Assembly (NCBI GenBank): GCA_963822965.1
Contig: CAWGJT010000015.1
Location: 128,001-192,000 of the forward strand
Length of the DNA stretch: 64,000 nucleotides
DNA from: an uncultured delta proteobacterium
GTDB lineage: Bacteria; Myxococcota_A; UBA9160; UBA4427
Reading direction: 5' to 3'
Positions within the stretch are counted from its first letter, which is position 1, and every line of letters begins with the position of its first letter. The notes under the pieces were generated by a model. It had not been told where the DNA came from. It saw only the letters and a program-made list of their open reading frames with translations, and searched no databases. Of this stretch, positions 10,350 through 18,555 are shown in pieces. The translations under genes were made by a program, and so were the position numbers.

Positions 10350-11129
10350 TTGGCCGAGCCCGTGCTGATCGTCGAGGAGAGCGACGCCGTCGCCACCCTC
10401 ACCCTGAACCGTCCGGAGGCCATGAACGCGTTCTCGCGCCGCCTGCGGGAGGCGATCGCCGAGAGCTTCCGACGGCTCCAGGCCGAGGGGCGCGTCCGGG
10501 TGGTGGTCCTCACCGGCGCCGGGCGCGCCTTCTGCGCCGGCTGGGACCTGAAGGAGCTTTCGGCGCCGGAGGCCTCGGACACGGGCGAGGCGGCCGCCAG
10601 CGACATGGCGGACGCCATCGCCGACTTCGAGGGACCCATCATCGGCGCCGTCAACGGACATGCCATCACCGGCGGCTTCGAGCTGGCCCTGGCCTGCGAC
10701 CTGCTGATCGCGTCCACGGCGGCCCGCTTCGCGGACACCCACGCGCGCGTCGGCATGCTGCCCGGCTGGGGGCTCAGCCAGAAGCTGCCGCGCCTGATCG
10801 GCATCCAGCGGGCGAAGGAGATCTCCTTCACGGGCAACTTCATCGATGCCGAGACGGCGCTCGACTGGGGGCTCGTCAACCGCGTGGTGGAGCCCGACGT
10901 GCTGCTGCCCACCTGCCAGGCGCTCGCCCGGGAGATGGCGTCCTGCGTTCCGCACGTGCTGCGAGGCTACAAGCGGCTCATCGACGAAGGCTACGGACTG
11001 CCCCTGGCCGAGGCCCTGGCCCTGGAGTCGCGGCGCGCCCTGGAATCGGTCGCCGAGATGAACGCCGCCACCGTGGCCGCACGACGCCAGGGCATCGTGG
11101 ACCGCGGGCGCGGGCAGGCGAGCTCCTGA
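10350..11129 (+). CDS. Enoyl-CoA hydratase/isomerase
   Basis: TTG start with GAGGAG SD; TLNRPEAMNA, AFCAGWDL, GGFELALACD, FADTHARVG..PGWG. Confidence 0.93.
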   Translation: MAEPVLIVEESDAVATLTLNRPEAMNAFSRRLREAIAESFRRLQAEGRVRVVVLTGAGRAFCAGWDLKELSAPEASDTGEAAASDMADAIADFEGPIIGAVNGHAITGGFELALACDLLIASTAARFADTHARVGMLPGWGLSQKLPRLIGIQRAKEISFTGNFIDAETALDWGLVNRVVEPDVLLPTCQALAREMASCVPHVLRGYKRLIDEGYGLPLAEALALESRRALESVAEMNAATVAARRQGIVDRGRGQASS

Positions 11130-11131
11130 CC

Positions 11132-12154
11132 GTGTTCGACGTCTACGCCACGATGGATCAACGCCTGCGACCCGCCGAGGTGGCCGCGCACGCGCGCCGG
11201 GCCGAGGCCCTGGGCTACGACGGCCTGAACGTTCCCGAGGCGGTGCACGACGGGCTCCTCACCGCACAGATCGCCCTGCAGGCCACCACCCGGCTGCGCG
11301 TCGCGACGAGCGTGCTGGTGGCCTTCCCGCGCAGCCCCATGACCGTCGCCCACGCCGCCTGGGACCTGCAGGCGCTCTCCGGCGGTCGCTTCGAGCTGGG
11401 GCTGGGATCCCAGGTGCGCGGCAACATCGAGCACCGCTACAGCACGCTCTGGACGCCTCCCGTCCCGCGCATGCGCGAGTACGTGGGCGCGCTCCGCGCC
11501 ATCTTCGACACCTTCCAGAACGGCACGCCCCTCGACTTCCAGGGCGAGCACTACCGCTTCACGCGGCTGCAGCCGTTCTTCAATCCGGGTCCGCTCGAGC
11601 ACCCGGCGATTCCCATCTACCTGGGCGGGGTGGGACCGGCGATGACGGCGCTGGCGGGCGAGGTCTCGGACGGCCTCATGACGCATCCGAGCAACACGCC
11701 CCCCCGCTACCTGCGGGAGGTGACCCGGCCCCGGCTCGCCGCCGGCGCCGCCCGGGCCGGCCGCAGCGGCCCGGTGCGTATGATGGTGAGCGCGCTGACG
11801 GCGACGGGCGAGACCCGGGAGGAGGCCCGCGCCCAGCGCGAGAAGCAGCGCGAGCTGCTGGCGTTCCTCTACTCCACGCCGGCCTACTGGAAGAGCCTCG
11901 AGCTGTTCGGCTGGCGCGACCGGGGCGAACGCCTGCGCGAGCTCACCCGCGAGGGCCGCTGGCAGGAGATGGCGCAGGTGGTGAACGACGAGATGCTGGA
12001 CACCTTCGTGCCCACGGCGCCCTACGGCGAGATCGCCGATGTCCTGCGCGAGCGCTACGCGAGCGTCTCGGACTGGATCACCTTCCCGATGCCGGACGAC
12101 CCGACCCGGGACCCGGCCGCCCGCAAGGCCATCGCCGCGCTGCAGGCGGCCTGA
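11132..12154 (+). CDS. LLM class (probable F420-dependent) oxidoreductase
   Basis: PEAVHDG, AFPRSPM, SGGRFELGLGSQVRG.IE.RYS, FFNPGP; starts 2 nt after the hydratase stop. Confidence 0.88.
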   Translation: MFDVYATMDQRLRPAEVAAHARRAEALGYDGLNVPEAVHDGLLTAQIALQATTRLRVATSVLVAFPRSPMTVAHAAWDLQALSGGRFELGLGSQVRGNIEHRYSTLWTPPVPRMREYVGALRAIFDTFQNGTPLDFQGEHYRFTRLQPFFNPGPLEHPAIPIYLGGVGPAMTALAGEVSDGLMTHPSNTPPRYLREVTRPRLAAGAARAGRSGPVRMMVSALTATGETREEARAQREKQRELLAFLYSTPAYWKSLELFGWRDRGERLRELTREGRWQEMAQVVNDEMLDTFVPTAPYGEIADVLRERYASVSDWITFPMPDDPTRDPAARKAIAALQAA

Positions 12155-12155
12155 C

Positions 12156-12208
12156 CCGGCGGTCTCGGGGGCTCCGGCGGTCTCGGGAGCTCCGGCGGCT
12201 CGGGAGCT
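12156..12208. repeat. Three copies of an 18-bp tandem repeat (CCGGCGGTCTCGGGRGCT)
   Basis: Copies at 12156-12173, 12174-12191 and 12192-12208 (1-nt deletion), between convergent genes. Confidence 0.85.
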
Positions 12209-13652
12209 ACAGCGGGAAGGTCTGGGTCCCCAGCCCCGCCAGGTCGTCCACGATCCGGACGACCTGCCGCGCGTAGCCGAACTCGTTGTCGTACCAGACG
12301 TAGAGCACGCAGTGGCGTCCGTCGACGATCGTCGCCTTGGCATCGACGATGCACGCGTGGCGGTTGCCGACGAAGTCGCACGAGACCACCTCGTCCGAGT
12401 TCGTGTAGTCGATCTGGTTCTGCAGCTTGCCGCCGATCGAGTTGTCGCGCAGATAGTGGTTGAGCTCGTCGACGGTGGTCTCCTCGGAGAGCTCGAGCTG
12501 CAGGATCGCCAGGGACACGTCGGGCGTCGGCACCCGGATGGCGTTGCCCGTGATCTTGCCCTTCAGCTCCGGCAGCACCTTGGCGACGGCGCTCGCCGCG
12601 CCGGTCGAAGTCACCACCATGTTGAGCGCCGCGCTGCGGCCCCGGCGCTTCTTGGCGTGGTAGTTGTCGATCAGGTTCTGGTCGTTGGTGAAGGAATGCA
12701 CGCTCTCCACGTGTCCGTGCACGATGCCGAAGCGGTCGTTGACCACCTTGAGCACGGGCACGATCGCGTTCGTGGTGCAGCTGGCGGCCGTCAGGATCGG
12801 GCCGCTCGTGTGGATCTCGTCGTGGTTCACGCCGTAGACGATGTTGGGCAGGCTGCCCTTGCCCGGCGCCGTGAGCACCACGTGGGAGATGCCGGGCGAC
12901 TTGAGGTGCTGGCGCAGCCCCTCCTCTTCCCGCCACTTGCCCGTGTTGTCGACGAGGATGGCGTCCTCGATGCCGTACTTCGTGTAGTCGATCTCGTCGG
13001 GCGAGTTGGCGTAGATCACGCGGATCATGTTGCCGTTGGCGACCATCGCGCACTCTTTCTCGTCGAGGACGATCGAGCCGTGGAAGTCGCCGTGCACCGA
13101 GTCGTGGCGCAGCAGGCTGGCGCGCTTCTCGAGGTCGTCCTCGCCGCCCGGACGCACGACGATCGCCCGCAGCCGGAAGTTGTCGCCACCGCCGGCCTTG
13201 CCGATCATGATGCGCGCGACCAGCCGGCCCACCCGGCCGAAGCCGTAGAGCACGATGTCCTGGGGCCGCGCGCGCAGGGGCTTGCAGCCCGTCGCGACGG
13301 GAGCGAGCACCTCGGCCACGTACTCGTCCATGTCGACCTGGTCGCTGCGCTGGTAGAAGTTCGTGACCAGGGTGCCGAGGTCGATCCGCACCGGACCGAG
13401 ATCGAGCTTCGCGATCGCCTCGAGCATGGGCAGGCACTGCAGCACGGAGATCTCGGACTCGAGGATCTGCCGCGCGAAGCGGATCGCCTGGATGATCTCG
13501 ATGCGGTCCTTGTTGACGAGCGAGTCCCCGAAGACCTTGACGATGACGCCTCGCTCGCGATAGAGGCGGCCGATGATCGGCACCATCGCCTCCGCCGCCT
13601 GTTCCCGCTGCTTCCAACGCCGCAGGTACTCGTCCATCTTCGGGTCGGTCAT
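12207..13652 (-). CDS. gap: Glyceraldehyde-3-phosphate dehydrogenase, long form with N-terminal extension
   Basis: YGFGRVGR, DSVHG, ASCTTN, WYDNEFGY; about 130 aa precede the Rossmann motif. Confidence 0.95.
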   Translation of the reverse strand: MTDPKMDEYLRRWKQREQAAEAMVPIIGRLYRERGVIVKVFGDSLVNKDRIEIIQAIRFARQILESEISVLQCLPMLEAIAKLDLGPVRIDLGTLVTNFYQRSDQVDMDEYVAEVLAPVATGCKPLRARPQDIVLYGFGRVGRLVARIMIGKAGGGDNFRLRAIVVRPGGEDDLEKRASLLRHDSVHGDFHGSIVLDEKECAMVANGNMIRVIYANSPDEIDYTKYGIEDAILVDNTGKWREEEGLRQHLKSPGISHVVLTAPGKGSLPNIVYGVNHDEIHTSGPILTAASCTTNAIVPVLKVVNDRFGIVHGHVESVHSFTNDQNLIDNYHAKKRRGRSAALNMVVTSTGAASAVAKVLPELKGKITGNAIRVPTPDVSLAILQLELSEETTVDELNHYLRDNSIGGKLQNQIDYTNSDEVVSCDFVGNRHACIVDAKATIVDGRHCVLYVWYDNEFGYARQVVRIVDDLAGLGTQTFPL

Positions 13653-14005
13653 GTCCGTCTCACTTCCACTTCGCGCCGTCGATGCACGCGGGCATCGCGG
13701 TCGTCATCACTCGGTTGCCGCCGGCACTCGTCGGCCGCAGCTCGCCGGCAGCCTGCCGTCGGTCGTGCAGGTTCGCGGAACGGGTCGGGCCAGGCCCGAA
13801 ACGGTTCGAATGTGCTCGGGCCATCGCATCAAACACCACGCACCCGGGAGCCGCAAGCCTCGCCCCGGGAACGTCCGGGCCGGCTCGGGTGAGTGGCCCC
13901 TCGGCGGCTTTCGTTGCGAAATCGGCGGGAAGGCATCGCCACCCGCGGGGCCGGGGGTGGAGCACCGGGGACGCGCGGCCCGGCTGGGGCGGCCCGCCTC
14001 GGCGA

Positions 14006-14509
14006 TCAGGGCTTGGGGACGTCCCGGGGCTTCCCGTCCGGGTGCCGCGGCGGACCCGGCGCCGCGTGGGGGCCCACGCCCCAGACGAGCGCGGGGGCCC
14101 AGTTGCGCCGGATCAGACGGGGATAGGTCTTCACCAGGCTCGCCCGTTGCTCGCTGGCCAGCAGCGGCAGCACGTCGAGCTTGAGCTCGGCCATGGCACG
14201 CCTCGGCGTCTGGTCCGCTTCGACCCACTGCGCCAGCAGCTTGCGCCCGCGCTCGAAGTCGCCCTGCTCGAGGGCCTCGACGAACTCGCGCTGGCTGGCG
14301 CGCGCCTCGCGGATGGGAGCGATCTTCTTCTGGTAGACGTCCCAGGCCGCGTCCATCTTCTGGCGCTGGACGTCGGTCAGGCCGACCTGCTCGACGATGA
14401 TCGGATCGTTCCACCACAGGACGGGCGCCGGGACTTCCTTCGCGACCGCCGGGCCCGCCAACAGCAGCCCGGCCAGCGAGATCCACAGCGCGCCCGAGAG
14501 CGCGGACAT
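14006..14509 (-). CDS. Periplasmic Spy/CpxP-like helical protein
   Basis: Signal peptide; GLTDVQ and LASEQ (LTxxQ-like) motifs; abuts exbD. Confidence 0.6.
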   Translation of the reverse strand: MSALSGALWISLAGLLLAGPAVAKEVPAPVLWWNDPIIVEQVGLTDVQRQKMDAAWDVYQKKIAPIREARASQREFVEALEQGDFERGRKLLAQWVEADQTPRRAMAELKLDVLPLLASEQRASLVKTYPRLIRRNWAPALVWGVGPHAAPGPPRHPDGKPRDVPKP

Positions 14510-14917
14510 CTACTCGCCCACGACCTCGGCGGCCAGCGACACGTTGTTGACGCCCGCGAGGCGGGCCGCGTCCATGACCTGGACCAGCAGGCCGTTCTTC
14601 GAGCTCTTGTCGGCCTGAATGACCACCGAGCCCTGGGGATTCTCGGCGTGGAGGCGCTCGATGTTGGCGCGCAGCGCGCGCGGATCGACCTGCCGCCGAT
14701 CGATCCAGATCTGATCGTTCTCGGTGATCGCGACCAGGATGTTGCCGCGCTCCTTGCGCTCGGCCGTGGCGGCCGGCGGACGGCTCACGTCGATACCCGC
14801 TTCCTTGACGAAGGACGCGGTCACGATGAAGAAGATGAGCATGATGAAGACGACGTCGAGCATCGGCGTCAGGTTGACCTCGCTCTCTTCTTCCTGCCTG
14901 TCTCGCTTTCGCCGCAT
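14510..14917 (-). CDS. exbD: Biopolymer transporter ExbD/TolR
   Basis: NLTPMLDVVFIMLIFFIVT, IQAD, VMDAARLAG. Confidence 0.95.
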   Translation of the reverse strand: MRRKRDRQEEESEVNLTPMLDVVFIMLIFFIVTASFVKEAGIDVSRPPAATAERKERGNILVAITENDQIWIDRRQVDPRALRANIERLHAENPQGSVVIQADKSSKNGLLVQVMDAARLAGVNNVSLAAEVVGE

Positions 14918-14980
14918 GACTGCCTCGCTGGTTGGCCTTTCGACCTCTCAGGGCCCGCGCTTTGCCGTTGGCGGCACCCT

Positions 14981-15095
14981 TCGCCGTTCTTCCTTCGCGC
15001 TTCTCGCCTTTCTTCGCCTTTCTCGCCTTTCTTCTTCGCCTTTCTTCTTCGCCTTTCTTCGCCGCCTTTCTTCGCCTTTCTTCGCCTTTCTTCGC
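14981..15095. repeat. Imperfect ~10-bp tandem repeat (TTCGCCTTTC)n
   Basis: Pyrimidine-rich array read directly; purine-rich (GAAAGGCGAA) on the exbD sense strand. Confidence 0.85.
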
Positions 15096-15144
15096 AGTCC
15101 GCCCGACCGGGCCGCTCCGAGCGCTCTCGGGAGTGCGATCGCGC

Positions 15145-15174
15145 AGCTTAGTCGCGGAACGGGCCGTGAGTCAA
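15145..15174 (-). promoter_or_regulatory. Putative sigma-70 promoter for exbD operon
   Basis: TTGACT-N18-TAAGCT on the minus strand. Confidence 0.5.
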
Positions 15175-15258
15175 GCAGAACACAGGCCGTCGGCAGGAGC
15201 CTGCCGGTCGCGCCGTCCCGCATCCGGCATGCCCTCCCCTCCCGCCGTTGCGCGCCGC

Positions 15259-16509
15259 TCACTGCCCGCCGGCACCGCCGCCCCGCAGCAGATCCCGGAA
15301 CGGCACGTCGGCGTCCGCGCGGGGCTCCCGCGGCAGGCCCAGGGCGCGCTCCGCGAGCCCGTTGCGGTGCACCTCCAGGGTCCCGCCGCCGATGGTGCCC
15401 AGGAAGCGGTCGAGCACCTGGTCCTGCCAGAATCCGTCGCCCCGGGCGTCCGCGCCGGCCAGCAGCGCGGCCGCGCCCTGCAGCCACAGCCCGGTCTCGG
15501 CCTTCCGCGCACGGCTCTCCGCCCAGAAGATCTTGAGCACCGAGCCGTCCACGTCCGGCGGACGGCCCTCGAGCAGCGCCTGCGTGAAGCGGTCCTGGAG
15601 CGAGCCCAGCACCCGCTCCTCCACGTACGCGGCGGCGATGCGGTCGCGCACCCGGGCGTCGCGCCAGCGGCCGCCTTCGCGAGCGAGATGCACGAGGTCG
15701 GAGGCCCGCGCCGCTCCGGCCTGGCTCGTCCCGATCATCGCCGACTCGTTCCGGAGCGTGGTCCGCGCCACGGCCCAGCCGCCGTCGACCGCGCCGACGA
15801 CGTTCACCGCGGGCACGCGTACCCCGTCGAGGAAGACCTCGTTGAAGTGGCGGTCGCCCTTCAGGGTGGGAAGCGGACGCACCTCCACACCCGGCGACCG
15901 CATGTCGAGGAGCAGGAACGTGATGCCTGCGTGCTTCGGCACGTCGGGGTTCGTGCGCACGAGCAGGATGCCGTGGTCGGCGAACTGCGCGCTCGTCGTC
16001 CACACCTTCTGGCCGCTGACGACGAAGTCCTCTCCGTCGCGCACCGCTCGCGTGCGCAGGGCGGCGAGGTCGGAGCCCGCGTCCGGCTCGCTGAAGAGCT
16101 GGCACCACACCTCGTCCCCGGCCAGCAACGGGCGCAGGTAGCGCTCCTGCTGGGCGAGCGTGCCGTGCTGCATCAGGGCCGGCCCCACCAGCTGGATCGT
16201 CGAAGGCAGGAAGCCGGCCGTCACGTCGAAGGCCGATTCCTCCTGGGCGAACAGGATCGCCTGGTCGGCGCTGCCACCGCGACCCCCGAAGCAGCGGGGC
16301 CAGGGGATGCCCGCGTAGCCGCCGTCGTAGAGGCTCCGCTGCCACGAGCGGCAACGCGCGAAGTGGGCGGCCTCGGCTTCGGGGGTGTGGTCGCGGGGAC
16401 CGAGAGACCAGTCGCCCGGGCCGCGGCGGGGCTCGGCGTGTGCGGCCAGCCAGGCGCGGGCCTCCGCGCGGAAGAGCGCCTGCTCGGGCGTGTCCTGGCG
16501 TCGCGCCAT
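15259..16509 (-). CDS. Acyl-CoA dehydrogenase (FadE-type subunit with putative catalytic Glu)
   Basis: WCQLFSEPDAGSDLA, GQKVWT, HFNEVFLD, TIGGGT.EV. Confidence 0.93.
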   Translation of the reverse strand: MARRQDTPEQALFRAEARAWLAAHAEPRRGPGDWSLGPRDHTPEAEAAHFARCRSWQRSLYDGGYAGIPWPRCFGGRGGSADQAILFAQEESAFDVTAGFLPSTIQLVGPALMQHGTLAQQERYLRPLLAGDEVWCQLFSEPDAGSDLAALRTRAVRDGEDFVVSGQKVWTTSAQFADHGILLVRTNPDVPKHAGITFLLLDMRSPGVEVRPLPTLKGDRHFNEVFLDGVRVPAVNVVGAVDGGWAVARTTLRNESAMIGTSQAGAARASDLVHLAREGGRWRDARVRDRIAAAYVEERVLGSLQDRFTQALLEGRPPDVDGSVLKIFWAESRARKAETGLWLQGAAALLAGADARGDGFWQDQVLDRFLGTIGGGTLEVHRNGLAERALGLPREPRADADVPFRDLLRGGGAGGQ

Positions 16510-16561
16510 CTCCGGGTCTCCTCCTGCGTCGGCCGCGCACCGAACCTGGGATGCGTGCGGG

Positions 16562-17167
16562 TCAGTCCAGCAGCAGCCGCGCCGCGCGCTCGAGCTGGTC
16601 GCCGATCTCGCGCGGGGTCCGCTGGCCGCCCGCGAGGGTGATCATGCACGCGAAGCACAGGTGCTCGAGCACGAAGACGACCCCCTCGCGATCGCGCACC
16701 GGCGCGTCGCCGAGCGCCAGCTCGATCCATCCCCGCATCATGGCCGCCAGCTCGTCGCGGTTCGCGAGCGCGCTCGGATCGGGCGAGAGCAGCGCGCGCG
16801 TGAGCGCGACCCCGAGCGCGGGCTCGAGCTCGACGCCGCGGGCCATGCGGTGGAAGACCGCAGCCACGCGAGCCGCAGCCGTGGCACCGGCGGGCGGCGA
16901 AGCCTGGAGCCGCTCCCCCAGGCGACCTCCCCAGACCGCGAGCGCCTCGGCGAGCAGATGGTCCTTCGACGAGAAGTAGCGGTACAGCGTGCCCAGGGAG
17001 ACGCGCGCCCGGGCCGCCACGTCCTTCACGACCACCGCTTCGTAGCCGCCCTGGGCGGCCAGCTCCATCGCCGCCTCCACGATGCGCCGACGCCGGTCGC
17101 GCTGTGCCGACGTGAGCGCACGGTGGACCGTCAGGGTGCCGACCCGGACCGAGACGTCGCGCGCCAT
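16562..17167 (-). CDS. TetR family regulator, KstR-like
   Basis: AQRDRRRRI..AMELAAQGGYEAV...SLGTLYRYFSSKDHLL resembles the mycobacterial KstR N-terminus as recalled; ATG overlaps the upstream stop. Confidence 0.88.
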   Translation of the reverse strand: MARDVSVRVGTLTVHRALTSAQRDRRRRIVEAAMELAAQGGYEAVVVKDVAARARVSLGTLYRYFSSKDHLLAEALAVWGGRLGERLQASPPAGATAAARVAAVFHRMARGVELEPALGVALTRALLSPDPSALANRDELAAMMRGWIELALGDAPVRDREGVVFVLEHLCFACMITLAGGQRTPREIGDQLERAARLLLD

Positions 17168-18318
17168 CAGCGGGCGTCTCCCGTCGCCCCTGGCGCGGGC
17201 GCAAACGGAGGCGAGGCCAGGATCCCGGCGATGCGCGCCCGGTGCCAGGCCGCGTCCCCGAGCCACACCTCGTCGGCCTTCGCGCGCCGGTAGTAGAGCT
17301 GCGCATCGTACTCCCACGTGACGCCCACGCCGCCGTGGATCTGGATGTTCTCCGTCGCCGCCCGAAAGAAGGCGTCCGCGCAGTGGGCCTTGGCGACGCT
17401 CGCGAGCAGCGGGAGCTCGGGGTCCGAGGCTTCCGCCGCCTCGAGGGCCATCCGGGTCGCCGAGCGGGCACACTCGAGGTCGATCAGGATGTCGGCACAC
17501 TTGTGCTTGATGGCCTGGAACGACCCGATGGCGCGCCCGAACTGGTAGCGGGTGCGCGCGTAGTCGACCGCCGCTTCGAGCACGCGCTCCATGCCGCCCA
17601 CCATCTCGGCGCACAACGCGACCGTGGCCTCGTCGAGAGCGCGCGCGAGGCCCGTGGCGACCGCGCCCGGCGTCCCGATGCGAAGGCCCGGCGCGTCGCG
17701 CAGCACGACCGTCGCCAGCTTGCGGGTGCCGTCGAAGGTGCGAACCGCGGCTCGCTCCACCCCGGCCGCGGCGGCGTCGACGGCGAAGAGACCCTGGCCC
17801 TCGTCGGACGAGGCCACCACCAGCAGCTGCTCGGCCGCGCAGCCGTCGGGCACGAGCTGCTTGGCGCCCGTAATCCGCCACGCGTCCGTGTGCCGCACCG
17901 CGCGCGTATGCGGGGCCGCGGCGCGCCAGTCACCGTCGTCCTCCAGCCAGGCCAGGCTCGCGATCTTCCCCGACGCGATCCGCGACAGCCATTCCCGCTG
18001 CTCCTCGGGACCGCCGATCCAGCGCACCGCCTCGGCAGCCAGCACCGCCGACGAGAAGAAGGGGGCGTTGAGCAGCACCCGCCCCATCTCCGCCAGCGCG
18101 ATACCGCGCTCCACCGGGCCGAAGCCCTGGCCACCGGCGCTCTCGGAGATGGCGAGACCCGGCAGGCCGAGCTCCGCGACCAGCCGCTTCCAGAGCGCGG
18201 GGTCGCTCCCCGCGTCGGGTGCGAGGAATCGGCGCGCTTCGGCCGGCGGCACCGCCTCGAAGAAGCGGCGCAGGGTGTCGCGAAACTCGATCTCCTCGGA
18301 CGTGACGGCCAGGCTCAA
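17167..18318 (-). CDS. Acyl-CoA dehydrogenase (partner subunit of heterotetrameric FadE pair)
   Basis: TTG start with GAGGA SD; R.QFGRAIGSFQAIKHKCAD, IQIHGGVGVTWEYD. Confidence 0.92.
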   Translation of the reverse strand: MSLAVTSEEIEFRDTLRRFFEAVPPAEARRFLAPDAGSDPALWKRLVAELGLPGLAISESAGGQGFGPVERGIALAEMGRVLLNAPFFSSAVLAAEAVRWIGGPEEQREWLSRIASGKIASLAWLEDDGDWRAAAPHTRAVRHTDAWRITGAKQLVPDGCAAEQLLVVASSDEGQGLFAVDAAAAGVERAAVRTFDGTRKLATVVLRDAPGLRIGTPGAVATGLARALDEATVALCAEMVGGMERVLEAAVDYARTRYQFGRAIGSFQAIKHKCADILIDLECARSATRMALEAAEASDPELPLLASVAKAHCADAFFRAATENIQIHGGVGVTWEYDAQLYYRRAKADEVWLGDAAWHRARIAGILASPPFAPAPGATGDAR

Positions 18319-18362
18319 GCGTGCTTCCTCGGACGGACACCGGGAACGCGCTTCCGGCAAAC

Positions 18363-18388
18363 TGAAACTTGATCTAGAATGCATTCTA
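18363..18388. promoter_or_regulatory. Overlapping KstR-like operators
   Basis: Perfect palindrome TAGAATGCATTCTA (18375-18388) and TGAAACTTGATCTA (18363-18376), similar to TnnAACnnGTTnnA; AT-rich patch in a divergent intergenic region. Confidence 0.7.
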
Positions 18389-18432
18389 CTTCAGCAGATC
18401 GGCCCGGCGAGCCCCAGCATTCCCGGGCGGAC

Positions 18433-18497
18433 ACAGAAGGCCGGAACAGAAGGCCGGAACAGAAGGCCCGAACAGAAGGCCCGAACAGAAGGCCGGA
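18433..18497. repeat. Five copies of a 13-bp tandem repeat (ACAGAAGGCCSGA)
   Basis: Five contiguous units, no spacers. Confidence 0.92.
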
Positions 18498-18555
18498 CCC
18501 GAGGAAGGAACGGGAGTGAGCGGGCAAGGGACGCGCCGCTGGGAGGACGCCTTCG

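Noticed and set aside
3895..12154. Long N-terminal extensions given in the ORF track (3895-, 8969-, also 24879-, 31388-, 43774- and the 50192-53281 ORF)
   Set aside because: True starts lie downstream at domain boundaries; the extensions overlap other real genes.
14948..15110. Lys/Arg/Glu-rich histone-like peptide encoded by the repeat
   Set aside because: The unit is about 10 bp with irregular indels, there is no dedicated start or SD, and it is only the tail of a shadow ORF.
18433..18497. Possible CRISPR array
   Set aside because: Units are 13 bp and contiguous with no unique spacers; no cas genes in the window.
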